This document shows positions 56,657-64,000 of a stretch of 64,000 nucleotides of DNA, piece by piece. Numbering within the stretch: position 1 is the stretch's first letter; every line of letters begins with the position of its first letter. The DNA comes from Deltaproteobacteria bacterium (lineage in GTDB: Bacteria; Desulfobacterota; Desulfarculia; Adiutricales; Adiutricaceae): NCBI GenBank assembly GCA_031279515.1, contig JAITII010000111.1, positions 103-64,102 on the forward strand. Direction: 5' to 3'. Below the pieces are notes generated by a model that was given only the letters and a program-made list of their open reading frames with translations, did not search any database and was not told the DNA's origin. The translations under genes were made by a program, and so were the position numbers.

Positions 56657-58171
56657 TTATTCCGCCGGCTTGTAGATGGCCTCAAATTCAGAGAGGGCAG
56701 CGCGGATCTTCTTGTCCAACTCGTCGGAGATATCGTTTTTGTCTTTCAGCTCAGACAAAATGGCCTCGTAGCGCTGGTCTATGAACTCCAAAAAGCGCCC
56801 TTCATAGTCCAAGACTGAGGATACAGGATATTTATCCAAATAACCCCTGGTGCCGGCGTAGAGCACCAAGATCTCCTTTTCCGCTGACATGGGCTGGAAC
56901 TGTTTCTGCTTCAAGAGTTCCACCATCCTCTGGCCGCGGTTTATCTGATTCAAGGTGGCCTTGTCCAAATCCGAGCCGAACTGGGCAAAGGACTCCAGCT
57001 CGCGAAATTGGGCCAGGTCCAAACGCAAGGTCCCTGCCACCTTCTTCATAGCCTTGGTCTGGGCAGAGCCGCCCACGCGGCTAACGGAGATACCCACGTT
57101 GATGGCCGGACGCACGCCTGAGAAAAACAAGTTGGGCTCCAAAAAGACCTGCCCGTCGGTAATGGAGATGACGTTGGTGGGGATAAAGGCAGACACGTCG
57201 CCTGCCTGGGTCTCTATGACAGGCAGTGCCGTCAAGGACCCTGCCCCCAGTTCATCTGAAAGCTTGGCAGCCCGCTCCAAGAGCCTGGAGTGGTTATAGA
57301 AGATGTCGCCAGGGTAGGCCTCACGGCCAGGGGGACGCCTCAAGAGCAAGGAGACTTCACGGTAGGCCACCGCCTGCTTGGAAAGATCGTCGTAGACTAT
57401 CAAGGCATGTCGCCCCTTGTCCCTGTAGTACTCGCCCATGGCTGCCCCGGCAAAGGGTGCTATGTACTGCAAAGGAGCCGGATCCGAGGCATTGGCTGCC
57501 ACCACTATGGTGTATTCCAGGGCCCCATACTTCTCCAGGTTGTCCACAACTTGGGCCACAGTGGACTTCTTCTGGCCAATGGCCACATAGATGCAGATAA
57601 CATCCTGGCCCTTCTGATTAATAATAGCGTCCACGCAGATGGCCGTTTTACCTATCTGACGGTCGCCGATGATGAGCTCACGCTGGCCGCGGCCTATGGG
57701 GGTCATGGCGTCTATGGCTTTGATGCCTGTGTACATGGGCTCGTGGACAGCCTTGCGAGCAATGATACCAGGTGCCACCCTTTCTATGAAGGCCCACTCC
57801 TTGGAATCCACTGGCCCTTTGCCGTCAATGGGATGGCCCACGCTATCGACCACGCGACCCAAGAGCGCATCGCCTACGGGCACCTGGGTTATGCGCCCAG
57901 TCCTACGCACCACGTCGCCCTCTTTGATGTGAGCCACGTCGCCCAAGACCGCCACGCCTACCCTGTCTGCTTCCAGGTTCAGGACCATGCCTAAGATCCC
58001 GCCAGGGAACTCCAAAAGCTCCATGGCCATACACTTGTCCACGCCGTAGACCAGGGCGACTCCGTCGCCCACCGAAAGAACTGTGCCCACCTCGGCCAGT
58101 TCCACCTCGCGTCCGTAATCCTTTATCTGCGACTGGATTATCTGGCTTATCTCATCAGCTTTTATAGCCAT
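56657..58171 (-). CDS. atpA: F1 ATP synthase subunit alpha
   Basis: The start is taken at ATG 58171 ([12 protein letters not shown]), preceded by AAGGAG. Motifs include Walker A GDRQIGKT. Confidence 0.97.
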   Translation of the reverse strand: MAIKADEISQIIQSQIKDYGREVELAEVGTVLSVGDGVALVYGVDKCMAMELLEFPGGILGMVLNLEADRVGVAVLGDVAHIKEGDVVRRTGRITQVPVGDALLGRVVDSVGHPIDGKGPVDSKEWAFIERVAPGIIARKAVHEPMYTGIKAIDAMTPIGRGQRELIIGDRQIGKTAICVDAIINQKGQDVICIYVAIGQKKSTVAQVVDNLEKYGALEYTIVVAANASDPAPLQYIAPFAGAAMGEYYRDKGRHALIVYDDLSKQAVAYREVSLLLRRPPGREAYPGDIFYNHSRLLERAAKLSDELGAGSLTALPVIETQAGDVSAFIPTNVISITDGQVFLEPNLFFSGVRPAINVGISVSRVGGSAQTKAMKKVAGTLRLDLAQFRELESFAQFGSDLDKATLNQINRGQRMVELLKQKQFQPMSAEKEILVLYAGTRGYLDKYPVSSVLDYEGRFLEFIDQRYEAILSELKDKNDISDELDKKIRAALSEFEAIYKPAE

Positions 58172-58271
58172 CCGGAACTCCTTAATTAAAAAATGAAAAG
58201 TATCTATTACTTTAGCCAATCATTTTGAGGCCCCAGCTTGTTAAATAGACAGGGCCAAAAGAAATATTTTT

Positions 58272-58808
58272 TTAGGAAAAACTGTCATTCAGCTTTTTCA
58301 GCTGGGTCTTTAAGGACCCGTCTAGGACCAAGTCTCCGACTCTGGCAACTACACCGCCTATTAAGCTTGGATCCTTTTGGTAGGCAAGTATTACCTTTGC
58401 GCCTGTAAAAGTTCCTAATGCCTCGCGGATGGCGGAAAACTGACTGTCCGAGAGCTCGTCAAAGGGAGTAGTCACCACCCCCCTTAAGATCCCCTCTTTC
58501 TCGTCCACGAGTTTCCCATAGCTCTCTGCTATGCCGGAGATTATGCCTAAGCGGTTCCTATCAGCTAAAAGGTGCACAAAATTAGCCACAATAGGAGATA
58601 GCTGTGCCTCAGCTAGGATGGAGTCCAAGATCTTGGACCGCAACTCATAGGTGTAGACCGGAGAGTCCAGGACCTGGGCTGCCAGGGGACACTGGGAAAA
58701 GGCCCCGGCAAATGAGGAGAGCTCTTCTCCATATTTACTGTACTGGCCGTCGGATTCGCCCAAGGTGAGTAAAGCCCGGGCATAGCGCTTGGCTAGGGTG
58801 GTGTCCAT
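58272..58808 (-). CDS. atpH: F1 ATP synthase subunit delta (OSCP)
   Basis: 178 aa with N-terminal LAKRYARAL and C-terminal IGGVVARVGDLVLDGSL. Confidence 0.9.
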   Translation of the reverse strand: MDTTLAKRYARALLTLGESDGQYSKYGEELSSFAGAFSQCPLAAQVLDSPVYTYELRSKILDSILAEAQLSPIVANFVHLLADRNRLGIISGIAESYGKLVDEKEGILRGVVTTPFDELSDSQFSAIREALGTFTGAKVILAYQKDPSLIGGVVARVGDLVLDGSLKTQLKKLNDSFS

Positions 58809-59022
58809 GGTTTTCCTTAATTACTTGAAAAAAAATAAGCTGGAATAGCTATCGCCAGCTTTTGGTTTTATCTATACTTTATATACTATAGTTAATTGAA
58901 TATCGCTAGGCCAGGCAAAAGCCCCGGCTCGCTTAAATTGCCCCTTTTACATTAGCTTTAAGCTATAACTAATCATGAATGGCAAAATTTATGAAAGGAT
59001 TGCCAGTCCCTTATCTTTAGCT

Positions 59023-59616
59023 TCAATTGCGGGCAGGAAGCTTTGTGATGCTACCTACAAAGTCTACTACAGCCCGCCTCTTGTCCTCGTCTGTGATGTT
59101 TTTTTTCAATATTTCTGCGGCAATGGCGGCAGCTCGCCTTCCAGTTTCCTGGGCCAGTTTCCTTTTAGCGGTCTTTACCTCTTGGCCCATAGCCGCTTCG
59201 GTCTTTAAAACTATACCCTCGGCTGTCTTTTCCGCCTCGGCTATAATCCTGTCCCGCTCCCTTGCCCCATCCTTTTCGAACTGGGCTATGACTGCTTCCT
59301 TTTCCGCCGCCAGGGAGGACAATTGCTTTCTCATGACCTGGTTCTGCTCATCTAAGTTGGCAGCCTGGGTCTCTAAATATTCTAGGTTCCTTGCGATTGA
59401 TTCCTTTTTCCCCTTGAAAAAGGCTTTGATTGGTTTGCGTAAGAGGAAAAAGAGAATGAGGAAAAAGACCACAAAATTCATGACCCTTTTCCCGAAATCC
59501 AGCCAAGCTGCCCTACTGTAGTTGAAATAGCTTGTCCCTTCAGTTGCCAAAAGGGGGGCCGCCAAGAGAAGCAAGAGAAATGCCAGTATTATTATTGATG
59601 CCGTTTTATAGCGCAT
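59023..59616 (-). CDS. atpF: Fo ATP synthase subunit b
   Basis: 197 aa with a single N-terminal TM helix and a long charged coiled coil. It sits immediately upstream of atpH. Confidence 0.85.
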   Translation of the reverse strand: MRYKTASIIILAFLLLLLAAPLLATEGTSYFNYSRAAWLDFGKRVMNFVVFFLILFFLLRKPIKAFFKGKKESIARNLEYLETQAANLDEQNQVMRKQLSSLAAEKEAVIAQFEKDGARERDRIIAEAEKTAEGIVLKTEAAMGQEVKTAKRKLAQETGRRAAAIAAEILKKNITDEDKRRAVVDFVGSITKLPARN

Positions 59617-59725
59617 AGCGCCCTCCGCCCTCTGACCTTGGTCACCAGAGCCGAAAAATGCGTTTGCTTATTATTTAAAGGGTAGAAATATCGGAGATGA
59701 AGTTTAAGTGTGTTGGTGGGGGTTT

Positions 59726-60166
59726 TTATTCTACGGAGATCTCCCTACCCAGGAGTTTGGAGGCAATTTGGCTCCCTAGGGCCTTAGCCTGAAGCTCCAA
59801 ATCGCCTTTGGCCTGGGCCACCTCGCTCTCTAAAGATTTTTGGGCTGCCTCCATCTTTTTCGCAGCCTCGGCCTGGGCCTTATCTAGGATCTCCTTTTCC
59901 TTGGCCTTACCCTCGGATCTCAAGGCTTTTAGGGCCTCATTACCCGACCTTAAGGCCTCGGCCTTAGAGCTCTCCTCTTTGGCCTCGCCTTCGGCCAAGG
60001 AGTCTTTCGACTTCTGGGCCCTATCTTTCAAATCCTCAAAGACCCTCGCCCTCTCTTTCAAGATGGCCTGTATTGGTTTAAAGAGGATCTCGTTTAAGAT
60101 AAACATGAGAACAAGAAAGGTCACAAGCTGGGCCAACAAGGTCCAGTCAATGGCAACGCTTACCAT
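59726..60166 (-). CDS. Fo ATP synthase subunit b' (second b-type stalk subunit)
   Basis: 146 aa with an N-terminal TM helix (LLAQLVTFLVLMFIL), then PI..IL.ER and a coiled coil. It is the first gene of the operon in this window. Confidence 0.8.
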   Translation of the reverse strand: MVSVAIDWTLLAQLVTFLVLMFILNEILFKPIQAILKERARVFEDLKDRAQKSKDSLAEGEAKEESSKAEALRSGNEALKALRSEGKAKEKEILDKAQAEAAKKMEAAQKSLESEVAQAKGDLELQAKALGSQIASKLLGREISVE

Positions 60167-60699
60167 GGTGTATCCCTAAACATGTGGATTTGCCTAGCTT
60201 CAATTACGGCGCCAGGCTAAGTTTTGCAAAAAACAAGGGCTATTATATAGGCTTTTTATTTCAAGATCAAGCATCTTTTCCCATGGAGGATTAATAAGCT
60301 ACCCATTTAGGATATCTCTTAGCTTATTACTGGCGATTTGACGTTTTTTTGGCAAAAAACGATAGGGCCCAGCAAAGCAAAAAGTCCTGGCCTTGGTACA
60401 GCCTTAAGTTATTCCAAAACTTAGAATTTCTCCCTAAGCTTTTTAACTCCTTTTAAAACAATTTCCTGTTGCCAATTTAAGATAAACACAAGATAATGTT
60501 ATATGCTAAAAAGACTATACTTAATCTTTTTTGGCTAACGACTTTCTAACAAAGGCCCTTAGCCTTTGCTAAAAAGAGAATTTCTGCAAAAGAAGAGCAT
60601 TTTGTAGTAACTCTTTTCCAAGGGAAAAGCAACCTTAGGCACCTTAGGCACCTTAGGTTAACATACTTTTTTAGCGCCTTTGGACAAATAACCTGGAAT

Positions 60700-61611
60700 T
60701 TGGGAAAAAATATGAGCGAAAGTAGCCACGAGAGGATAAGACAGAGCCAGCTGGCGGGTAAATGGTACCCAGAGAAAGCCGCTGAAGTAAAAAAAGAGAT
60801 CTTAAGCTGGGAACCCTATATATCTGCCTCTGAGAATAAAAGAACAATTGGCACAAGAGGGCAAAACCAAGTGATGACCATAGTGCCCCATGCAGGCTGG
60901 TTCTTTTCCGGCCGCCTGGCAGCTTCGACCCTTAAAGCCGCTTTAGAGCTCTTTGGCCAAAAAGGGCCCGAGGCCGTGGTGATATTGGGCGGGCACCTTC
61001 CCAAGGGGGCCCCCACAGTGAGCTTTACCGAAGATGCCTGGGATACCCCCCTAGCTCCCGTCACCTTGGCTCCGAATATGAATGCGGCTTTGGCCAAGAA
61101 TTTGGGGACCTCAGTCCAACTGGTGTCCTGGGAGGGACGCACCAATGACAACACCATAGAGGTGCTGCTGCCCCTCATTAAATATTATTTCCCCCACGCA
61201 GCTATCCTGGCCTTGAGGGCCGCCCCGGACCAAAGCGCCCTCATCTTGGCCAAGGCCCTCTTGCAGCTCTTTAAAGACAAAAAGACCCTATATGTGGCCT
61301 CCACTGACCTTACCCACTATGGGTATGGATACGGCTTTGCCCCCGCCGGAGTCGGGGCCAAAGGCGAAAAGTATAGGGAAAAAAATGATCGCTTTTTTAT
61401 CCAGGCAGCCCTGGAGCTGAACTCTAAGGAGCTTTTGGACTTGGGTAACTACAATATGGCGGCCTGTTCTGCTGGAGCTGCCTCAGTGTGCTCGGAAATA
61501 GCAGCTCTCTTGGGAGCTAGTGGGGTGCTAGTTGACTATTATTCCAGCACGGACATCTTACCTGGGGAGCAGTCCGTAGGCTATGCTGGGATCCTATACG
61601 CCGAAGACTAG
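60700..61611 (+). CDS. MEMO1-family protein (AmmeMemoRadiSam system protein B-like)
   Basis: 303 aa with motifs AGKWYPE, IVPHAGWFFSG, ASTDLTHYG and GYAGILY. An alternative start is at 60712. Confidence 0.8.
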   Translation: MGKNMSESSHERIRQSQLAGKWYPEKAAEVKKEILSWEPYISASENKRTIGTRGQNQVMTIVPHAGWFFSGRLAASTLKAALELFGQKGPEAVVILGGHLPKGAPTVSFTEDAWDTPLAPVTLAPNMNAALAKNLGTSVQLVSWEGRTNDNTIEVLLPLIKYYFPHAAILALRAAPDQSALILAKALLQLFKDKKTLYVASTDLTHYGYGYGFAPAGVGAKGEKYREKNDRFFIQAALELNSKELLDLGNYNMAACSAGAASVCSEIAALLGASGVLVDYYSSTDILPGEQSVGYAGILYAED

Positions 61612-61802
61612 CCTAAGGCCCAAAGGTCAAGAAAAAGGGGCACCCTTCCGATAAAAAACTAGCTACCCTGTTAGGGGCACTTGTGTTTTGTAGAGAGAAA
61701 GTATACCTATTTAGACAAAAATACTGTATAATAAACTCTTATTGGTTTTTGTTTAGATCTAAGGTCAAGGCCCTTTATGTCAGCTTATAAAGCCCATGTA
61801 AA

Positions 61803-62315
61803 ATGCCCCCTGTAACGGAGCAACACCCGCAAGAGGCGGCAATTGCCTTTGGGGCCAACCTGGAAGACCCAATAGCTGCCATTTCCAAGGCCCAGGAGCT
61901 TCTTTCCCATACCCTTGGGCTAAAGCCAATATTAAGCTCCTCAGTCTGGCTCACCGAGCCGGTGGGAGGGCCGGCGGGTCAAAACTATTACCACAACAAG
62001 GTCTCTCTTTTTGCCAGCACCCTGCCGCCTAAGAAACTTTTAAGGGTTCTTTTGGAGACCGAAAGCTCTTTAGGCAGGGTAAGAGATATAAGGTGGGGTC
62101 CCAGGGTCATTGACCTGGACCTCATTTATCTGGACCAGCTCATCTTAAAGGATACTGATTGCACCCTACCCCATCCCCGCATGGCGGAAAGGGCCTTTGT
62201 CCTCTACCCTTTATTAGAGTTACGTCCCAACTGGAGGCACCCTATCTTACACAAGACCGTAACAGAACTAATAGAGCTCCTAGAGCCCAATGGCCCTCAA
62301 ATAAAAAAGCTTTAA
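61803..62315 (+). CDS. folK: 2-amino-4-hydroxy-6-hydroxymethyldihydropteridine diphosphokinase
   Basis: 170 aa with HPPK motifs AFGANLEDP, RWGPRVIDLDLI, LPHPRMAERAFVL.PL. Confidence 0.9.
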   Translation: MPPVTEQHPQEAAIAFGANLEDPIAAISKAQELLSHTLGLKPILSSSVWLTEPVGGPAGQNYYHNKVSLFASTLPPKKLLRVLLETESSLGRVRDIRWGPRVIDLDLIYLDQLILKDTDCTLPHPRMAERAFVLYPLLELRPNWRHPILHKTVTELIELLEPNGPQIKKL

Positions 62316-62369
62316 GATAGTAGCTATTTCGCCAGTATAGATAATTAGGACCGATTCCAGGCTTAAGTA

Positions 62370-62615
62370 ATGGCTTATCTCATTAAAATTTTCCTAATAG
62401 CCCTTCTTTTCTACCTCATCATAGTAGTTGTAAGGGGTTTAGTTTCCCCCAAGCCCGAACCAGGGGGCACGCAGGAAAGCGAGCTCGTCTCCGATGCCCT
62501 AACTGGGGTTTACTTTGATAAGAGAAAGGCGATAACTATCTCCACCGGCGGACAGACCCTATATTTTATCAGTACCGAGAACAGGGACGCCTGGCTCAGG
62601 CGCAACTCTCAATAA
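62370..62615 (+). CDS. Small membrane-anchored hypothetical protein
   Basis: 81 aa with one N-terminal TM helix and a short soluble C-terminal domain. I recognise no family. Confidence 0.4.
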   Translation: MAYLIKIFLIALLFYLIIVVVRGLVSPKPEPGGTQESELVSDALTGVYFDKRKAITISTGGQTLYFISTENRDAWLRRNSQ

Positions 62616-62633
62616 AAAGGGGACAATCTTCAT

Positions 62634-63659
62634 ATGGAGGCCTTTAAAAAAAGACTTTGGCCCTTTGCCGCACTCCTTTTGGCCTTCCTAGTCTCTACCC
62701 CGGCCTTTTCCCAGGGTTTCGCGCCCCAGGAGCAAATAGCCCCTACCCCACAAGAGCCTCAGGACCAAGAGGCCGCCGATACTACTGAGCTCCCTTACTG
62801 GCAGAAACCCTTGGTGCAGGAAGAGCCCCCTTACTGGGTCCCCAAAGATAGTCCCCAGGCGGCACTGGAGCCCTCCCAGCAAGCTCTTCAGCCTGGAGAG
62901 CCGGGATTTTTCGCCCCTCCCCCTCCGCCTCCACCGCCAGAGCCTCCGGCACCTAAAAAGGCTGCTGCACCCAAACAGCAGGATCTTTTGGTAGAAGAGC
63001 TCACTTACTATATGTTTAAAGATGAGTACGGGGTCACGCATATGACAGATGCCCCCACGGATTCACGCTATAGGCAGGTGAAGGTACAGATAACCATATC
63101 TAGAGGTCTAGCCCCTTACCGCCGCCTCAATCTGGAGAACATCAGGCCCTTTATCTTAAATGCGGCTAATCGCTACCATTTAGATCCGGCTTTGATAGCC
63201 GCAGTTATCAAGGCGGAATCCGCCTTTGACCCCAAGGCCGTGTCCTGGGCGGGGGCCAGGGGTCTCATGCAGCTCATGCCCACCACCGCCCGCATGATGG
63301 GCGTCACAGACAGCTTTGACCCGGAACAAAACATCATGGGCGGGGCCAGGTACTTAAGGCTAATGCTAAACCGCTTCAATGGAAACCTTACCTTAGCCCT
63401 AGCTGCCTATAACTGCGGCCCTGAGAGAGTGGCACAAGTGGGAAGAGTCCCGGACATCGCCGAGACCCGCAACTACGTACGCGTAGTTATGGCCAATTTT
63501 GAGATGATGGGCCCCCTCTTTTCCATAGCCGAAACCCAGGCAGCTGCCCAACAAAGGGACTTAACTCCCCAGGTAAGCTATAGTAACCCCAGCCAAGTGG
63601 GCGCCCAAGCCCAGGAAAACCATGCCCTCCTGGCAACCCCACCGGAAGAAAACCCCTAA
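62634..63659 (+). CDS. Lytic transglycosylase (SLT domain) with a Pro-rich N-terminal region
   Basis: 341 aa with a signal peptide and a PPPPPPPPEPPAP linker. SLT motifs are VIKAESAFDPKAVS, GLMQLMP and AYNCGPERV. Confidence 0.85.
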   Translation: MEAFKKRLWPFAALLLAFLVSTPAFSQGFAPQEQIAPTPQEPQDQEAADTTELPYWQKPLVQEEPPYWVPKDSPQAALEPSQQALQPGEPGFFAPPPPPPPPEPPAPKKAAAPKQQDLLVEELTYYMFKDEYGVTHMTDAPTDSRYRQVKVQITISRGLAPYRRLNLENIRPFILNAANRYHLDPALIAAVIKAESAFDPKAVSWAGARGLMQLMPTTARMMGVTDSFDPEQNIMGGARYLRLMLNRFNGNLTLALAAYNCGPERVAQVGRVPDIAETRNYVRVVMANFEMMGPLFSIAETQAAAQQRDLTPQVSYSNPSQVGAQAQENHALLATPPEENP

Positions 63660-63826
63660 AAAAAGCTTTTTAAAGCTAATGGTCCTTGGGGCCAGGTAAC
63701 TTTAAGGCCACAGGGTACTGTGAAAAAAAATGCCCAAAAGCCCCAAAACATAAATTATTGTGCTTTTTGGTGGTATAATGAAAAGGAACAAATTTTAGCC
63801 ATCAATTCACTCCAAGGCACTACTTT

Positions 63827-64000
63827 TATGAGTTCCTTTATCTACAACTTTTTTTCCAACCCTAAACTCCCCAATTACCTGACCTTGGGACGCATCTCGG
63901 CTGTGATCGTCATTGTTTTGGGACTGGGCCTGGGAGATGACGGCCGGAACATCTCTATAGTCCTGGCCCTTGTCTATTTGGTGGCAGCCCTAAGCGACCT
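63827..64000 (+). CDS. CDP-alcohol phosphatidyltransferase family protein (PgsA-like), 5' partial
   Basis: From ATG 63827 the sequence reads MSSFIYNFFSNPKLPNYLTLGRISAVIVIVLG...LVAALSD. This is the N-terminal NxLTxxRI motif and the start of the D-x2-DG motif. The ORF runs off the window. Confidence 0.55.

Overview
This 64-kb chromosomal window has mid-range GC by eye, with several AT-rich, ORF-poor islands. The gene content suggests a deltaproteobacterial or Desulfobacterota-like anaerobe, but that is inference only.

Housekeeping blocks:
- era-rnc-mpl
- tsaD-rsmA plus a CDF transporter and a SPOR protein
- a complete minus-strand trp operon (trpE-trpGD-trpC-trpF-trpB-trpA)
- an F1Fo ATP synthase operon (b'-b-delta-alpha-gamma-beta-epsilon, with no a or c subunit genes here)
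- folK, an SLT transglycosylase, and a partial CDP-alcohol phosphatidyltransferase

Accessory content:
- an XRE regulator
- an ADP-ribosylglycohydrolase-GNAT fusion
- a type-B carboxylesterase
- an orphan PKS-like acyltransferase
- a very large hybrid histidine kinase
- a PAS/sigma-54 activator
- a secreted TPR-CHAT protein
- an EF-G paralogue
- three IS relics

The stand-out locus is 41.4-47.9 kb. A trimethylamine methyltransferase gene (mttB) is split in the ORF track by an in-frame UAG at 42812-42814. It is followed directly by a complete bacterial-type pyrrolysine cassette in an unusual order, pylSc-pylD-pylT-pylSn-pylB-pylC. The cassette includes a tRNA-Pyl (CUA anticodon) at 45268-45341 that no ORF track can show.

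Other features missing from the track:
- a 28-codon trp leader peptide with three tandem Trp codons, plus terminator and antiterminator, upstream of trpE
- candidate sigma-54 promoters
- a candidate sRNA
- a leader uORF coupled to the EF-G paralogue
- a 45-bp in-frame tandem duplication in trpF
- a G-quadruplex-type repeat after pylC

No rRNA genes and no CRISPR array were seen. All homology calls rest on motif recognition by eye, not on database searches.
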